From assembly GCA_900540095.1 (NCBI GenBank), contig UQEO01000001.1:3308-67307 (forward strand): a DNA stretch of 64,000 nucleotides, read 5' to 3'. The notes beneath the pieces were generated by a model. The model did not search any database. It was given only the letters and a program-made list of their open reading frames with translations, and was not told where the DNA came from. A program made the translations under genes and the position numbers. Every line of letters begins with the position of its first letter. Within the stretch, counting starts at the first letter, position 1. Positions 50,485-60,320 of this stretch are shown here, piece after piece. The stretch is from an uncultured Collinsella sp. (GTDB taxonomy: Bacteria; Actinomycetota; Coriobacteriia; Coriobacteriales; Coriobacteriaceae).

Positions 50485-51994
50485 GGTAGTCCCTTCGTAC
50501 ACGCGGTCCCTGGTCGTCGGTGCGCAGACGCGCCGACGGGTCCGAGTTCAAATCGATTCGATTATATCCGCCGCCCGCGTTGCGAGAGCTGGGACGCTGC
50601 GGACGACCTTGCGGAGCCGTTCGCGGGCGTGGACGAGCTGCCGGCTCGGATGCAGAACCATCCAGAACGGTAAAGCCGCTACGCGAAGGTCGTTCACCGC
50701 GCACATGAGCTACGCCGGCGGTACTCTCATCCATAACGGCAAAGCTCTCGCGGCGACGGTCGTACTCATCGCGACGGGCGCTCTCGTACGAAACGCGCAG
50801 GATCAATCCGGCAAGCATAAGCGACACAATAATCGACGAACCGCCGTAGCTAATAAACGGCAACGGTTTGCCCGTCATGGGAAACACGTTGAGGATGCCC
50901 AACGCGTTAATCAAAAACTGCACCGCGAGAATGACCGCGGAGCCAGACGCCATGAGCGCGCCCCGACGATCGGTCGCCTGCTCGGCAATGCGAAACGCCG
51001 AGTAGATCAGCATCGCAAACACCAAGAAGAACAGCACGGTTCCGACAAAACCGACTTCCTCGCCAATGATGGCCAGGATGTAGTCGTTGTGCGCCTCGGG
51101 CAGATACGAGTACTTCATGGTTGAGTTGCCGATGCCACGGCCGAACAGACCGCCCGAGGCAAAGGCCATGATGGCAAGCGTGGCCTGATAGCCGTCACCA
51201 TACTCGTCGGCCCAAGGGTTCAAGGCAACCTGAATACGCACCATACGGTACGGCTCTGCGACAAGCGCAATCACGATCACGAGAATGCCGAAGATTAGCA
51301 CGCCGATGATAAATCTGGGGTCGAGACCCGCAAACAACGCCATGCACATGAGGGTCAACAGGATGATCAGGACAGTACCGAAATCGGGCTGGATAAAGAT
51401 CAGAAAGAGTGAAATGCCCAGGTAGATGCCCATCTTGCGAAGGAATTCGTTGATGTTGCCACCGGGCGAAAAAAAGCGATCAAGCATGATGGCCGAATAA
51501 GCAATGGCAAATGGCTTTAAAAACTCGGAAGGCTGGAACTGAATGCCGGCGATGTTGAGCCAGCGCGTGGCGCCACGGCTGCCGCTGCCCACCAAGAACA
51601 CCAGAAACAGTAGCCCTATCATGCCTATGAGGAAGATCCTGAGCACATCCTCCCCAAACCAGCTGTCCGGCAAAACGCGCACGATGGCAATCAGCGCCAG
51701 AACACCGACCACGGCAAACGCGGCCTGTCGACCCAGAAAAAACGTCGCCGAGCCATTCTCGTGCAGCGCCTCGACCGAAGACGCCGAGTACACCATCAGC
51801 AGGCCAAAGCATACCAAGGTAAACAAGCAGGCCATGAATATCAAACGGGGGCGCATGATGCGGGCGGGAACGCCGGCAATATAGCGTTCGCTAAACGACT
51901 GCCCGCCGCGGCTGGAACGCGGTGTGCTGCGCCGTGAGGAAGCACGGTCCGAGTCGGGCCTCCTCATACCTTGTCGGGGGCTCTCCTCTCTCAC
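50474..51994 (-). CDS. ftsW: SEDS peptidoglycan polymerase FtsW
   Basis: G..MVYSAS, QPSE..K, QPD.GT, LPEAH.D and SYGGSS motifs; start uncertain (GTG 51994 or ATG 51967). Confidence 0.93.
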   Translation of the reverse strand: MREESPRQGMRRPDSDRASSRRSTPRSSRGGQSFSERYIAGVPARIMRPRLIFMACLFTLVCFGLLMVYSASSVEALHENGSATFFLGRQAAFAVVGVLALIAIVRVLPDSWFGEDVLRIFLIGMIGLLFLVFLVGSGSRGATRWLNIAGIQFQPSEFLKPFAIAYSAIMLDRFFSPGGNINEFLRKMGIYLGISLFLIFIQPDFGTVLIILLTLMCMALFAGLDPRFIIGVLIFGILVIVIALVAEPYRMVRIQVALNPWADEYGDGYQATLAIMAFASGGLFGRGIGNSTMKYSYLPEAHNDYILAIIGEEVGFVGTVLFFLVFAMLIYSAFRIAEQATDRRGALMASGSAVILAVQFLINALGILNVFPMTGKPLPFISYGGSSIIVSLMLAGLILRVSYESARRDEYDRRRESFAVMDESTAGVAHVRGERPSRSGFTVLDGSASEPAARPRPRTAPQGRPQRPSSRNAGGGYNRIDLNSDPSARLRTDDQGPRVRRDYHDR

Positions 51995-52002
51995 CGCAAC
52001 CC

Positions 52003-53409
52003 CTATTCCATTTGTGATTTCGCTGCAGCGGCAAGCTGGGCCACGTAGTCCTTAAACACGCGGCCGCGCTCCTCATAGCCCGAGAACTCATCGAACGAAG
52101 AGCAGGCAGGAGAAAGTAAGATCACGTCACCACGGCTCGACAGCGAACGGGCGACGTCCACGGCGTCGCGTAGGTCATCCGCCTGGGCGATATCCACATC
52201 GCCATCGACATCGGCCTCGTCCATAGCGGCGGTGAAGCGCTCGCGCGCATCGCCAAAGCAGACGACCGAGCGCACGTTGTCCATAACGACGCGCGCGAAG
52301 TCCGTGAGCGGCGTGCCCTTATCGTGGCCGCCGAGCAGCAAGATCACGTCGTCATCGGGAAATGCCGTCAGTGCCTTCTCGACCGCATCGGTGTTGGTCG
52401 CCTTGGAATCGTTGACGTAGCGCACGCCGTCAATCTCGCCACACGGCTCCACGCGGTGCTCGAGCGGCTGGAACGAGGCAAGACCGCGGCAGACACCATC
52501 GACATCGGCACCGACCGCCAAGGCAGCCGTGGCGGCGCACAGGGCATTGATAACATTGTGATGGCCCGAGATCTTGAGCTCGGATGTAGCGATGAGCGGG
52601 GTCTCGACGCCCTTCAGGCGCACGACCATCTTGCCGTCGCGCACAAAGGCGGCATCCTCGCCCTCAGGCTCGTCAAAGGCAACCTTGCAGATGCGACGAC
52701 CCGGCGTGTAGATGTACTCATCGAACTCGTGAATGCCGGCGTCTTCGACGTCGACAACCGCCAGATCGTCATCGACCATATTGTCAAACAGTTTGATCTT
52801 GGCAAGCGCGTAGTTCTTATGGCTCTTATGCCAGCCCAAGTGGTCGGGAGTGATGTTGAGCAGCACCGCCACGCGAGGGTGGAGCTCGGTAGTCGTAGCA
52901 ATCTGATAGCTCGAGAGCTCAGCCACAAACCACTCGTTGTGGACTCGGCCGTCAATCTCGTTGACCGGCGGCTCGCCGATGTTGCCGACAGCAACGCTGG
53001 CCTCGCCGGCAGCCTTGAGCAGATAATCAGTCAGCGACGTGGTGGTCGTCTTGCCGTTGGTGCCCGTGATGGCAATCCAGTTATCGGGCGACAGGCGATA
53101 GGCAAACTCGGGCTCACCCATAATCTGGGCGGCATGCTCGCGCCCGGCCTTAAAGAAACCCGAGAACTCCGAGATGCCCGGGCACGTCACGCATACGTCA
53201 TAGGCGCCCTCGACCTGTTCGGTCCCATAGACAAACGACGCGCCAGCAGCCTCGAGCGCACGCGTGGCGTCATTGGGCTCAGAGGTGCCGCCGCCATACA
53301 CGGTAACGGCGCTTACGCGCTCGGGATGCGCCAGCGCCCAGCGGGCGACATCGAGACCGGATTTGCCCTGACCCAAAACGAGCAGGCTAAAGACATCAGC
53401 AAGAGGCAT
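52003..53409 (-). CDS. murD: UDP-MurNAc-L-Ala--D-Glu ligase
   Basis: GTNGKTTT, ELSS.Q, N.TPDHL, NDSKATN and LSPAC.S.D motifs. Confidence 0.96.
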   Translation of the reverse strand: MPLADVFSLLVLGQGKSGLDVARWALAHPERVSAVTVYGGGTSEPNDATRALEAAGASFVYGTEQVEGAYDVCVTCPGISEFSGFFKAGREHAAQIMGEPEFAYRLSPDNWIAITGTNGKTTTTSLTDYLLKAAGEASVAVGNIGEPPVNEIDGRVHNEWFVAELSSYQIATTTELHPRVAVLLNITPDHLGWHKSHKNYALAKIKLFDNMVDDDLAVVDVEDAGIHEFDEYIYTPGRRICKVAFDEPEGEDAAFVRDGKMVVRLKGVETPLIATSELKISGHHNVINALCAATAALAVGADVDGVCRGLASFQPLEHRVEPCGEIDGVRYVNDSKATNTDAVEKALTAFPDDDVILLLGGHDKGTPLTDFARVVMDNVRSVVCFGDARERFTAAMDEADVDGDVDIAQADDLRDAVDVARSLSSRGDVILLSPACSSFDEFSGYEERGRVFKDYVAQLAAAAKSQME

Positions 53410-53418
53410 GAAAGACCA

Positions 53419-54438
53419 CTATCCCAACTGGAAGAACAGGGCAAGGCCAACGGCACCAAAGGCCGCAGCGATAATCCAAAAACGGATGACGACCTTGGTC
53501 TCGGCCCAGCCCTTCTTTTCGAAATGATGATGGATGGGCGCCATAAGGAAGACGCGCTTGTGCGTAAAGTGGAAGTAGACAACCTGAATCATGACCGACA
53601 GGGTCTCAACGATAAACAGGCCGCCGATGATGAGGGAGACGACCTCGGTGTTGGTCATGATGGACGTGCAGGCAAACGCGGCGCCCAGGGCAAGCGAGCC
53701 GGTATCGCCCATAAAGATGCTCGCCGGATAGCAGTTGAACCACAGAAAGCCCAAGCAGGCACCGGCACACGCGGTGCAGAAGATGGACAGGTTCACGTCT
53801 CCGTGCAAAAACGCCATGGCGGCCATGGCGAGCATGGCAATCATGGAGGTGCCGCCAGCAAGACCGTCAAGGCCATCGGTCAGGTTCACGGCATTAGAAA
53901 GACCGGCGATCATCAGCCAGCAAAAGACAATGTAGAGCCACGGGAACGAAAGGCCACAGATGGTGGTCGAAAGAACACCGAGGTCAATCGTCAGGCCGCC
54001 GGGAAAACGAATCTCGGGGGCGACGCCGCACCAGTTGACGGCAAGTACCGTAAAGGTGACACAGATAATGGTTAGGCCGATCATCTTGGCATGGGGCGTC
54101 AGACCGAGCGAGCGCCCATGCGTAACGGAGGTCAGGTCGTCGATCAGGCCCAGCACGCCGGTCGCCAGCGTGGCGAGCAGCACGAGCACGAGCTCGGTGG
54201 TGAGCTTGCCCATCAGCAGGCAGGTCAGCGAGATCGCGACGAGGATGACAACGCCACCCATGGTGGGCGTTCCCTGCTTAACCAAATGACGCTTGGGGCC
54301 GTCGGCACGAACCTGCTGGCCGATACCCTCGACCTTGAGTAGCTTGATCCACCACGGCATGAGCAGCAGCGCAATGGCGGCGGCGATGCCAAGCCCCAAA
54401 AAAGCCTGATACGTTGGATACGAGGGATTGCCGAACAT
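53419..54438 (-). CDS. mraY: Phospho-MurNAc-pentapeptide transferase
   Basis: GTPTMGG, DD, NAVNLTDGLDGL, FMGDTGS and APIHHHFE motifs. Confidence 0.97.
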   Translation of the reverse strand: MFGNPSYPTYQAFLGLGIAAAIALLLMPWWIKLLKVEGIGQQVRADGPKRHLVKQGTPTMGGVVILVAISLTCLLMGKLTTELVLVLLATLATGVLGLIDDLTSVTHGRSLGLTPHAKMIGLTIICVTFTVLAVNWCGVAPEIRFPGGLTIDLGVLSTTICGLSFPWLYIVFCWLMIAGLSNAVNLTDGLDGLAGGTSMIAMLAMAAMAFLHGDVNLSIFCTACAGACLGFLWFNCYPASIFMGDTGSLALGAAFACTSIMTNTEVVSLIIGGLFIVETLSVMIQVVYFHFTHKRVFLMAPIHHHFEKKGWAETKVVIRFWIIAAAFGAVGLALFFQLG

Positions 54439-54441
54439 GGG

Positions 54442-55866
54442 CTAGCACACACCTTCCACAAAGCGGTCGAGCTCAACAAAGCGGGAACCCTTGACCAGTA
54501 CAACATCATGTTTTTCAAGCGCGCCGCCCATGCGGTCGAGCACCTGCTGATAATCGGAGAACACTTGGATGCGGTCCTCGTCCATGCCCATCATTCGCGC
54601 GGCATCGGCCATAAGCTGGGCCAGCTCACCACCCACGCACGCCAGCATGTCGAGCTTCTTGGCGGCGGCATAGGCGCCCACGAGCTCATGCATGCGAGGA
54701 GCCTCATCGCCCATCTCGCCCATCTCGCCCAGGATAGCCATGCGAGACCCCGTGCACGAAAGCGAGCACAGCAGATCGAGGCCAGCAGCCATCGATTCGG
54801 CACTGGCGTTATAGGAGTCATCGACGATGCGTGCACCGCTCTTGGCGCGCTTGATCTCCTGGCGGTGACCGGTGATCGTGAGGCCCCTAAAGGCAGCATC
54901 GATCTGCTCGGGCGTCACGCCCAAGCGATAGGCAACCGCGGCGGCCTTAACGGCATTAGGAACGGACTGCACGCCGGGGATGGCAAGCATGGTATCGATT
55001 GTCTCACCCTGGCCAAAATCGAGCGTAAAGACCGGACGGCCCTCGTCATCAACACGAATGTCGCGGGCACGGACCTCATCATCGTCCGAGACGCCGGCCA
55101 GCATCACGTCGATACCAGCAGGCTGGGCGAACGTATCGCGAATGAACGGCGTAAAGTCGTCCTCGCCGCCCAAAACCAGCAGCGGCAAGAAGTCGCCAGC
55201 GGCGCACATACCCTGGACAATCTCGGCCTTAGCGCGGGCGATGTTCTCGCGGCTACCCAAAATGCCGATATGAGAGGTACCAATCTTGCTCACGATGGCA
55301 AGGTTGGGATTGGCGGACTGGGACAGGCGCTCGATCTCGTGGAAATGGTTCATGCCCATCTCGAGTACCAGGACCTCGGTATCGGCCGGAGCGGAAAGCA
55401 CCGTGAGCGGCATGCCGATCAGGTTATTGAAATTGCCCTTGGTGGCCCAGACACGATAGCGCTTGGCGAGCACGGCGGCGAGCACGTCCTTGGTCGTCGT
55501 CTTGCCAATGGAACCGGTAATACCAACGACCAGGCAGCCGAGCTCCAGACGGTACGTGTGCGCCAAACGCAGCAGAAAGTCCTCGGGATCATCGGTCAGC
55601 AGGATGGCACAGCCCTTGTCCTGCGCCAGCGAGACCAGCTCGGCCTCGGGCTCACGCGTCATTACGACGGCGCCGGCACCCGACTGGACGGCACGGGAAG
55701 CAAAATCATTGCCGTCGACGTTTTCACCGGGAAAGGCGACGAAAATCGTCCCTTCCTCGACCTGACGCGAGTCGATAACGCACCCGCGGCATACCCGATC
55801 GGCTTCTCCCGTCACGGTTCGGGCCCCTGTTGCGGCCGCGAGGTTGTTGACGGCGATCTCTATCAT
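54442..55866 (-). CDS. murF: UDP-MurNAc-tripeptide--D-Ala-D-Ala ligase
   Basis: DSR, GS.GKTTTK, NFNN.IG.P, EMGM, D.YNA and KGSR motifs. Confidence 0.95.
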   Translation of the reverse strand: MIEIAVNNLAAATGARTVTGEADRVCRGCVIDSRQVEEGTIFVAFPGENVDGNDFASRAVQSGAGAVVMTREPEAELVSLAQDKGCAILLTDDPEDFLLRLAHTYRLELGCLVVGITGSIGKTTTKDVLAAVLAKRYRVWATKGNFNNLIGMPLTVLSAPADTEVLVLEMGMNHFHEIERLSQSANPNLAIVSKIGTSHIGILGSRENIARAKAEIVQGMCAAGDFLPLLVLGGEDDFTPFIRDTFAQPAGIDVMLAGVSDDDEVRARDIRVDDEGRPVFTLDFGQGETIDTMLAIPGVQSVPNAVKAAAVAYRLGVTPEQIDAAFRGLTITGHRQEIKRAKSGARIVDDSYNASAESMAAGLDLLCSLSCTGSRMAILGEMGEMGDEAPRMHELVGAYAAAKKLDMLACVGGELAQLMADAARMMGMDEDRIQVFSDYQQVLDRMGGALEKHDVVLVKGSRFVELDRFVEGVC

Positions 55867-55993
55867 TGCAGCTCCCCTGTAAACCTAATAATGCTATCGG
55901 CGTATTGTATCCCAGCGCCGCGCATGCGTGGTGCAGGGCATGTGAACACCCCTCATATGGGACAACAAACCACGCCCCAAAGATTGTAACCCC

Positions 55994-57859
55994 CTACCTC
56001 GTGTGCGGAATACCCAGCACGTCGAGTGCGTTGGCCATAATGGACTGGAACGGCACCGCAGCGGCATCTGAGCCGCTCGGCGTTCCGTCGAGCGTGATAT
56101 AGCACAGCACCTTGGGCGATTGTGCCGGTGCAAAGCCCATAAAGGACGACATGTAGTTCTCCTTGAGGTAGCCGCCGTTCTCGTCGGCTCGTTCGGCCGT
56201 ACCGGTCTTACCCGCCACGTCATAGCCGTCAACTGCGCCGCCAACGCCCGTGCCTTCGGACACGACCGTCTGCATGCATGATGTCACCTGGGATGCGGCG
56301 TCCTCAGAAATCGCGCGCGCGCCTTCGCCCCAGTCCTTCTCATCGCCTTTGCTGGACTTATAGAAGTGCGGGGTCATCATCACGCCGCCGTTGGCGATGC
56401 CGCCCACGGCACGTGCGATCTCAATCGGCGAGACGGACAGCGCCTGTCCAAAGCTCATCGATCCCAGCGTGGCGCCGTCATACTGGTCACGCTCCTTGAC
56501 GATGCCCAGGCTCTCGCCCGGAAAATCGACACCCGAGCTGTGACCGATGCCCCACTTGTCCACATAGGCGGCAAAGTCGTCGGCACCGATCTTGCGCCCC
56601 ACCAGGACAAAGCCCACATTGGACGAACGGCGCATCATCTCGCGCACATCCATGGTCATGGCATAGTCGCGCTTGTCGGCATCGGTAACGGTATCGTCGC
56701 CCACCTTGATACTCGCCGGCACCTCAAACGACGTACTCGATCGCACGACGCCCAAGTCGAAGCCGGCGCCCGCCACGAGCGTCTTAAAGACCGAGCCGGG
56801 CTCGTAGGCGTCGGTGACCAGGCGCAGGTTCATATCCTCGGTCTTGGCGTTCTCCAGATCGGTCTGGTCGTAGGTCGGGTACGAGCAGGCTGCGAGAATT
56901 TCACCGGTCGTGGGGTCGGTGACCAGCGCCGAGCCGTTCTTGGCCTTTGTCTTCTCGACAGCCTCTGCCAGGGCATCCTCGGCCGCACGCTGGATATTGA
57001 CGTCGAGCGTCGTCACGATATCAACGCCGTCGACCGCGGCCACCTTTTTATAGGCACCGCCCGCGATATAGCTGCCGTCCCTCGCGCGCTCGCGTACGAG
57101 AGAACCGTTCGTGCCAGTCAGAAGCTTGTTGTATTGCTTTTCGAGACCCGTCAAGCCGTCGTTGTCCACATTCACTACACCCAGCACCTGCGATGCCAGA
57201 TTGCCGTATGGATATACGCGCTTCATGGCCTGCTCAAAAAGCACGCCGGGCAGGTTCTTCTTCTCCAGCGCCGCAACATCGTCTTCGTCCACCTGGCGCT
57301 TGATATACACCCAGGTTCCATCGGACTCAACGAGCTTGCGGCAGGTCTTTTTATCGATTCCAGTTGCCTTGACCAGCGCCGACACCGTCTTGTCAACATC
57401 CTCGACAAGCTGCGGGTTCACGGCGATGTTGCGACATTCGACCGACGACGCCAACACGTTGCCGTTGCGGTCGTAGATGGTGCCGCGTTTGGCATAGAGG
57501 GTCTGCGCAAGCAGGCGGCGCGCATCGGCACGCTCGCGCAGTTTATCGGCTTCGACAATTTGATAGTCGGCAAGGCGAAAGACGCCCAAGCCCAAGCCAA
57601 GCCCGATGAAGCCCATGACGGCTTTGCGGCGAGGAAGAGGCGCGCCTGTGAGCCATTCGGTCGACGAACTCTTGCGCGACCTGGTGTTATGCACTTGAGG
57701 GCCGCCCGAGCCGCGAAGTCGCGACGCCGGGTCGTTGCCACGGGACTGCCCGGCGTTGTAAGATTGCCGACCCGTTCCTTGATAACCAGAACGTCCCCGC
57801 GACGAGGGACGTCCAGAACCGCGGCCCCCATCGGAACCGCGGCGATAGTCATTTGTCAT
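55994..57859 (-). CDS. ftsI: Class B penicillin-binding protein FtsI (PBP3-like)
   Basis: RG.I.DRNG, R.YP.G, EPGS.FK (SxxK), SSN and KTGTA motifs. Confidence 0.95.
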   Translation of the reverse strand: MTNDYRRGSDGGRGSGRPSSRGRSGYQGTGRQSYNAGQSRGNDPASRLRGSGGPQVHNTRSRKSSSTEWLTGAPLPRRKAVMGFIGLGLGLGVFRLADYQIVEADKLRERADARRLLAQTLYAKRGTIYDRNGNVLASSVECRNIAVNPQLVEDVDKTVSALVKATGIDKKTCRKLVESDGTWVYIKRQVDEDDVAALEKKNLPGVLFEQAMKRVYPYGNLASQVLGVVNVDNDGLTGLEKQYNKLLTGTNGSLVRERARDGSYIAGGAYKKVAAVDGVDIVTTLDVNIQRAAEDALAEAVEKTKAKNGSALVTDPTTGEILAACSYPTYDQTDLENAKTEDMNLRLVTDAYEPGSVFKTLVAGAGFDLGVVRSSTSFEVPASIKVGDDTVTDADKRDYAMTMDVREMMRRSSNVGFVLVGRKIGADDFAAYVDKWGIGHSSGVDFPGESLGIVKERDQYDGATLGSMSFGQALSVSPIEIARAVGGIANGGVMMTPHFYKSSKGDEKDWGEGARAISEDAASQVTSCMQTVVSEGTGVGGAVDGYDVAGKTGTAERADENGGYLKENYMSSFMGFAPAQSPKVLCYITLDGTPSGSDAAAVPFQSIMANALDVLGIPHTR

Positions 57860-57876
57860 ACTCAGCTACCGTCTTG

Positions 57877-58347
57877 CTACTGAGCGGTCGCGGTCGCGTT
57901 GGCGCCCGCGGCTGCATCCTGCGAAAAGTCAAGTGTAACGCTCTCGCTGGGCTCCACCATGCCATAAGCGCCCGCAAGGTCGCGAATGCGCGTGTCGGCG
58001 CCATAGACCGAATGCATGACCTCCAGGTCGGAGCTCTCATCGGTCGCCTTTTCGAGCGTGCTGGTAAGCTCGGCGTTGCTGTTGAGCACCTGGGCCGTAA
58101 CACCGGCGAGCGCCACGCGGGCGACGCCGATCGTCATGAAGATAGCCGCAATGATGCAAAACGTTTTAAGAACGCTCATGAAAACCGGGCTTACCGCCTG
58201 GTTTGCCTGACGGCCCGCGCCCGTGTAGACATCAAAGCGCGGCGCGCGCTGCTCACGGGGAGCAACGGGAGCCTGCGGCGTCTCACGATAGGCGGGCATG
58301 GCGTTCATATCATAGGCGAGTGCTGCGCTTGAAGTGTTGTAGCCCAT
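57877..58347 (-). CDS. ftsL: Putative cell division protein FtsL
   Basis: Single TM plus short coiled coil; located between rsmH and ftsI. Confidence 0.75.
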   Translation of the reverse strand: MGYNTSSAALAYDMNAMPAYRETPQAPVAPREQRAPRFDVYTGAGRQANQAVSPVFMSVLKTFCIIAAIFMTIGVARVALAGVTAQVLNSNAELTSTLEKATDESSDLEVMHSVYGADTRIRDLAGAYGMVEPSESVTLDFSQDAAAGANATATAQ

Positions 58348-58437
58348 GATATGCCGCCTCCCATCCCGAGTACGTTGGTAGTGTGTTTAAGCTTCGTTTA
58401 TGGTGCGAGCGGGAGGTCCAATATCGCGCGGTCGCGC

Positions 58438-59403
58438 CTACAGACGCTGCGCCACGCGGATTTTGGCTGATCTCGCCCGAGGGTTGCGCTCAACCTCATC
58501 AGGCTGGGCAACCAAGGGTTTGCGGGTGATGACCTTGAGTATCGGCACGTTGCCGCACACGCACACCGGAATCTCCGGCGGACACGTGCACCCCTGGCTC
58601 ATCTCCTTAAAGTGGTTCTTTACGATACGGTCCTCGAGCGAGTGATACGAGATGACGCAGATACGTCCGCCCGGGTTGAGCCACCTGGTGGCGGCATCAA
58701 GCCCTCGTTCGAGCACATCGAGCTCGTGATTGACCTCGATGCGAATGGCCTGGAAACTTTTCTTGGCCGGGTGTCCGCCATGCCGACGAGCGGCAGCCGG
58801 GATACCCGCCTTGATGATCTCGACAAATTGGCCGGTGGTTTCGATCGGTTCTTGCTCGCGGCGGCGCACGATCTCGCGCGCGATCTGCGAGGCGAACTTC
58901 TCTTCGCCGTAGACGCGTAGAATCCGGGCGAGGTCGTGTTCGTTATAGGTGTTGATGACCTCAGCTGCGTTTAAGGTGTTACTGCCCGGATCCATCCGCA
59001 TGTCCAATGGGGCGTCCTCGTTATACGAAAAGCCCCTGCCAGGGATATCGAGTTGCGGTGACGAAACGCCCAAATCGAACAGGAAGCCATCGACCCCGGG
59101 CACCTCGGCCGAGCAAAGCAGCTCGTCCAAGTCGCCGAAGTTGCCCTTCAGCAGCTGGTGCGGAACGCCGGGAACCTCGCGGTCCAGACGGGCGCCAGCG
59201 GCCTCGAGGGCCATGTCGTCCTGATCGACGCCGAGCAAAAGGCCCGTCTCCCCCACCTGCGCGGCCATCTTTACCGAATGGCCGGCACCGCCAAGGGTGC
59301 AATCGCAGACAACGGAGCCGCTCTTTAGCCGCAGCGACTCAAGCACTTCGCCGAGCATGACAGGTTCATGCCGATATTCTTGTGTCAAGATCCCACGCTC
59401 CAT
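58438..59403 (-). CDS. rsmH: 16S rRNA m4C1402 methyltransferase RsmH (MraW)
   Basis: H.PVM, D.TLG.AGH, DLGVSS.Q, PLDMRM, SYHSLEDR and NPRARSAK. Confidence 0.97.
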   Translation of the reverse strand: MERGILTQEYRHEPVMLGEVLESLRLKSGSVVCDCTLGGAGHSVKMAAQVGETGLLLGVDQDDMALEAAGARLDREVPGVPHQLLKGNFGDLDELLCSAEVPGVDGFLFDLGVSSPQLDIPGRGFSYNEDAPLDMRMDPGSNTLNAAEVINTYNEHDLARILRVYGEEKFASQIAREIVRRREQEPIETTGQFVEIIKAGIPAAARRHGGHPAKKSFQAIRIEVNHELDVLERGLDAATRWLNPGGRICVISYHSLEDRIVKNHFKEMSQGCTCPPEIPVCVCGNVPILKVITRKPLVAQPDEVERNPRARSAKIRVAQRL

Positions 59404-59423
59404 CCGTTACCCGTGCCTTGCCC

Positions 59424-59858
59424 TTACGAGAAGAAGAGGTCCAGCAGGGCCTCATCGTCATCGTCCTCAACGGCCGCGGCGCGATCCCAAACCTCAAGGT
59501 GGTCGTAGTTGCCCACAACCGTGACCTCGCGGTCGAGGTTCGCCTGCTTGCGGAGAGACTCGGAAAGACCGATACGACCGGCGCTGTCCACGTCCATCGA
59601 CGTGGTGCGCTTGTTGATCGCCCTCATGAGCTTCTGGTCATTAATGTCACGCGGGTTAAAACCCTCGTGACCCTCACGACCCGCGAAGAGTCCTTCGACC
59701 CACTTATCGAAGGCCTCGGCAGAGAACACGTACAGAGCATCGACATCCAGGGCTTTGAACACGCGAACGTGCTCTCCAAGCTCCTCGCGAAGGGGTGCAG
59801 GCAGGGACAGACGACCTTTTGCATCGAGATTGCGCTCGTATGCACCAGTCATTCCCAT
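59424..59858 (-). CDS. mraZ: Transcriptional regulator MraZ
   Basis: Duplicated D.KGR/D.AGR AbrB-like domains; first gene of the dcw cluster. Confidence 0.95.
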   Translation of the reverse strand: MGMTGAYERNLDAKGRLSLPAPLREELGEHVRVFKALDVDALYVFSAEAFDKWVEGLFAGREGHEGFNPRDINDQKLMRAINKRTTSMDVDSAGRIGLSESLRKQANLDREVTVVGNYDHLEVWDRAAAVEDDDDEALLDLFFS

Positions 59859-59954
59859 GTGCGCCCTCCCCTCGGTTACTCAGATGGCACGTACGCGGGG
59901 AACCACCCCGCCTGTCGACGTCATCAATAATATGGGGAACCGCCCCATTTTTCA

Positions 59955-60003
59955 ACACCTTTCCCCACCCCTTCCCCCACCCCGCCCCACCACTCCACTC
60001 ACC
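59955..60003 (-). promoter_or_regulatory. Putative MraZ operator (GTGG direct repeats)
   Basis: Minus-strand GTGGAG/GTGGGG repeats at 8-12 bp spacing upstream of mraZ, resembling known MraZ boxes. Confidence 0.7.
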
Positions 60004-60320
60004 ATATATTGCAAAACACCCCCAAGCATATGTTCGAAAACACAATATGTTGTGTTTTCAGCAAAGGCGTGATGCCACCTGTAGAACCACACCCGCGAAC
60101 CTCAACCTTCAAGTTGACCTTGAGGCGATTTTTACGTCCCTTTACATGCCGTTCACATCGCCCCCAAACTCCCCCACCCAAGGCACGTGCGGCCCACCAC
60201 CGCGACGCCAAGTGGCGAAAAATGGGACGGGCCCCAGATTGCCCATGCGCGCGCAAAAGCACGCCGCGGCAATCTGGAGCTCGTCCCCAAATACCTATAA
60301 ATATGCAGGTCAGCGATGTG

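Noticed and set aside
59955..60003. G-quadruplex as the function of the G-run tract upstream of mraZ
   Set aside because: More simply explained as MraZ-binding GTGG repeats.
60023..60036. LexA box upstream of mraZ (CAAGC-ATAT-GTTCG)
   Set aside because: Only one good half-site; the other has two mismatches including a core position.
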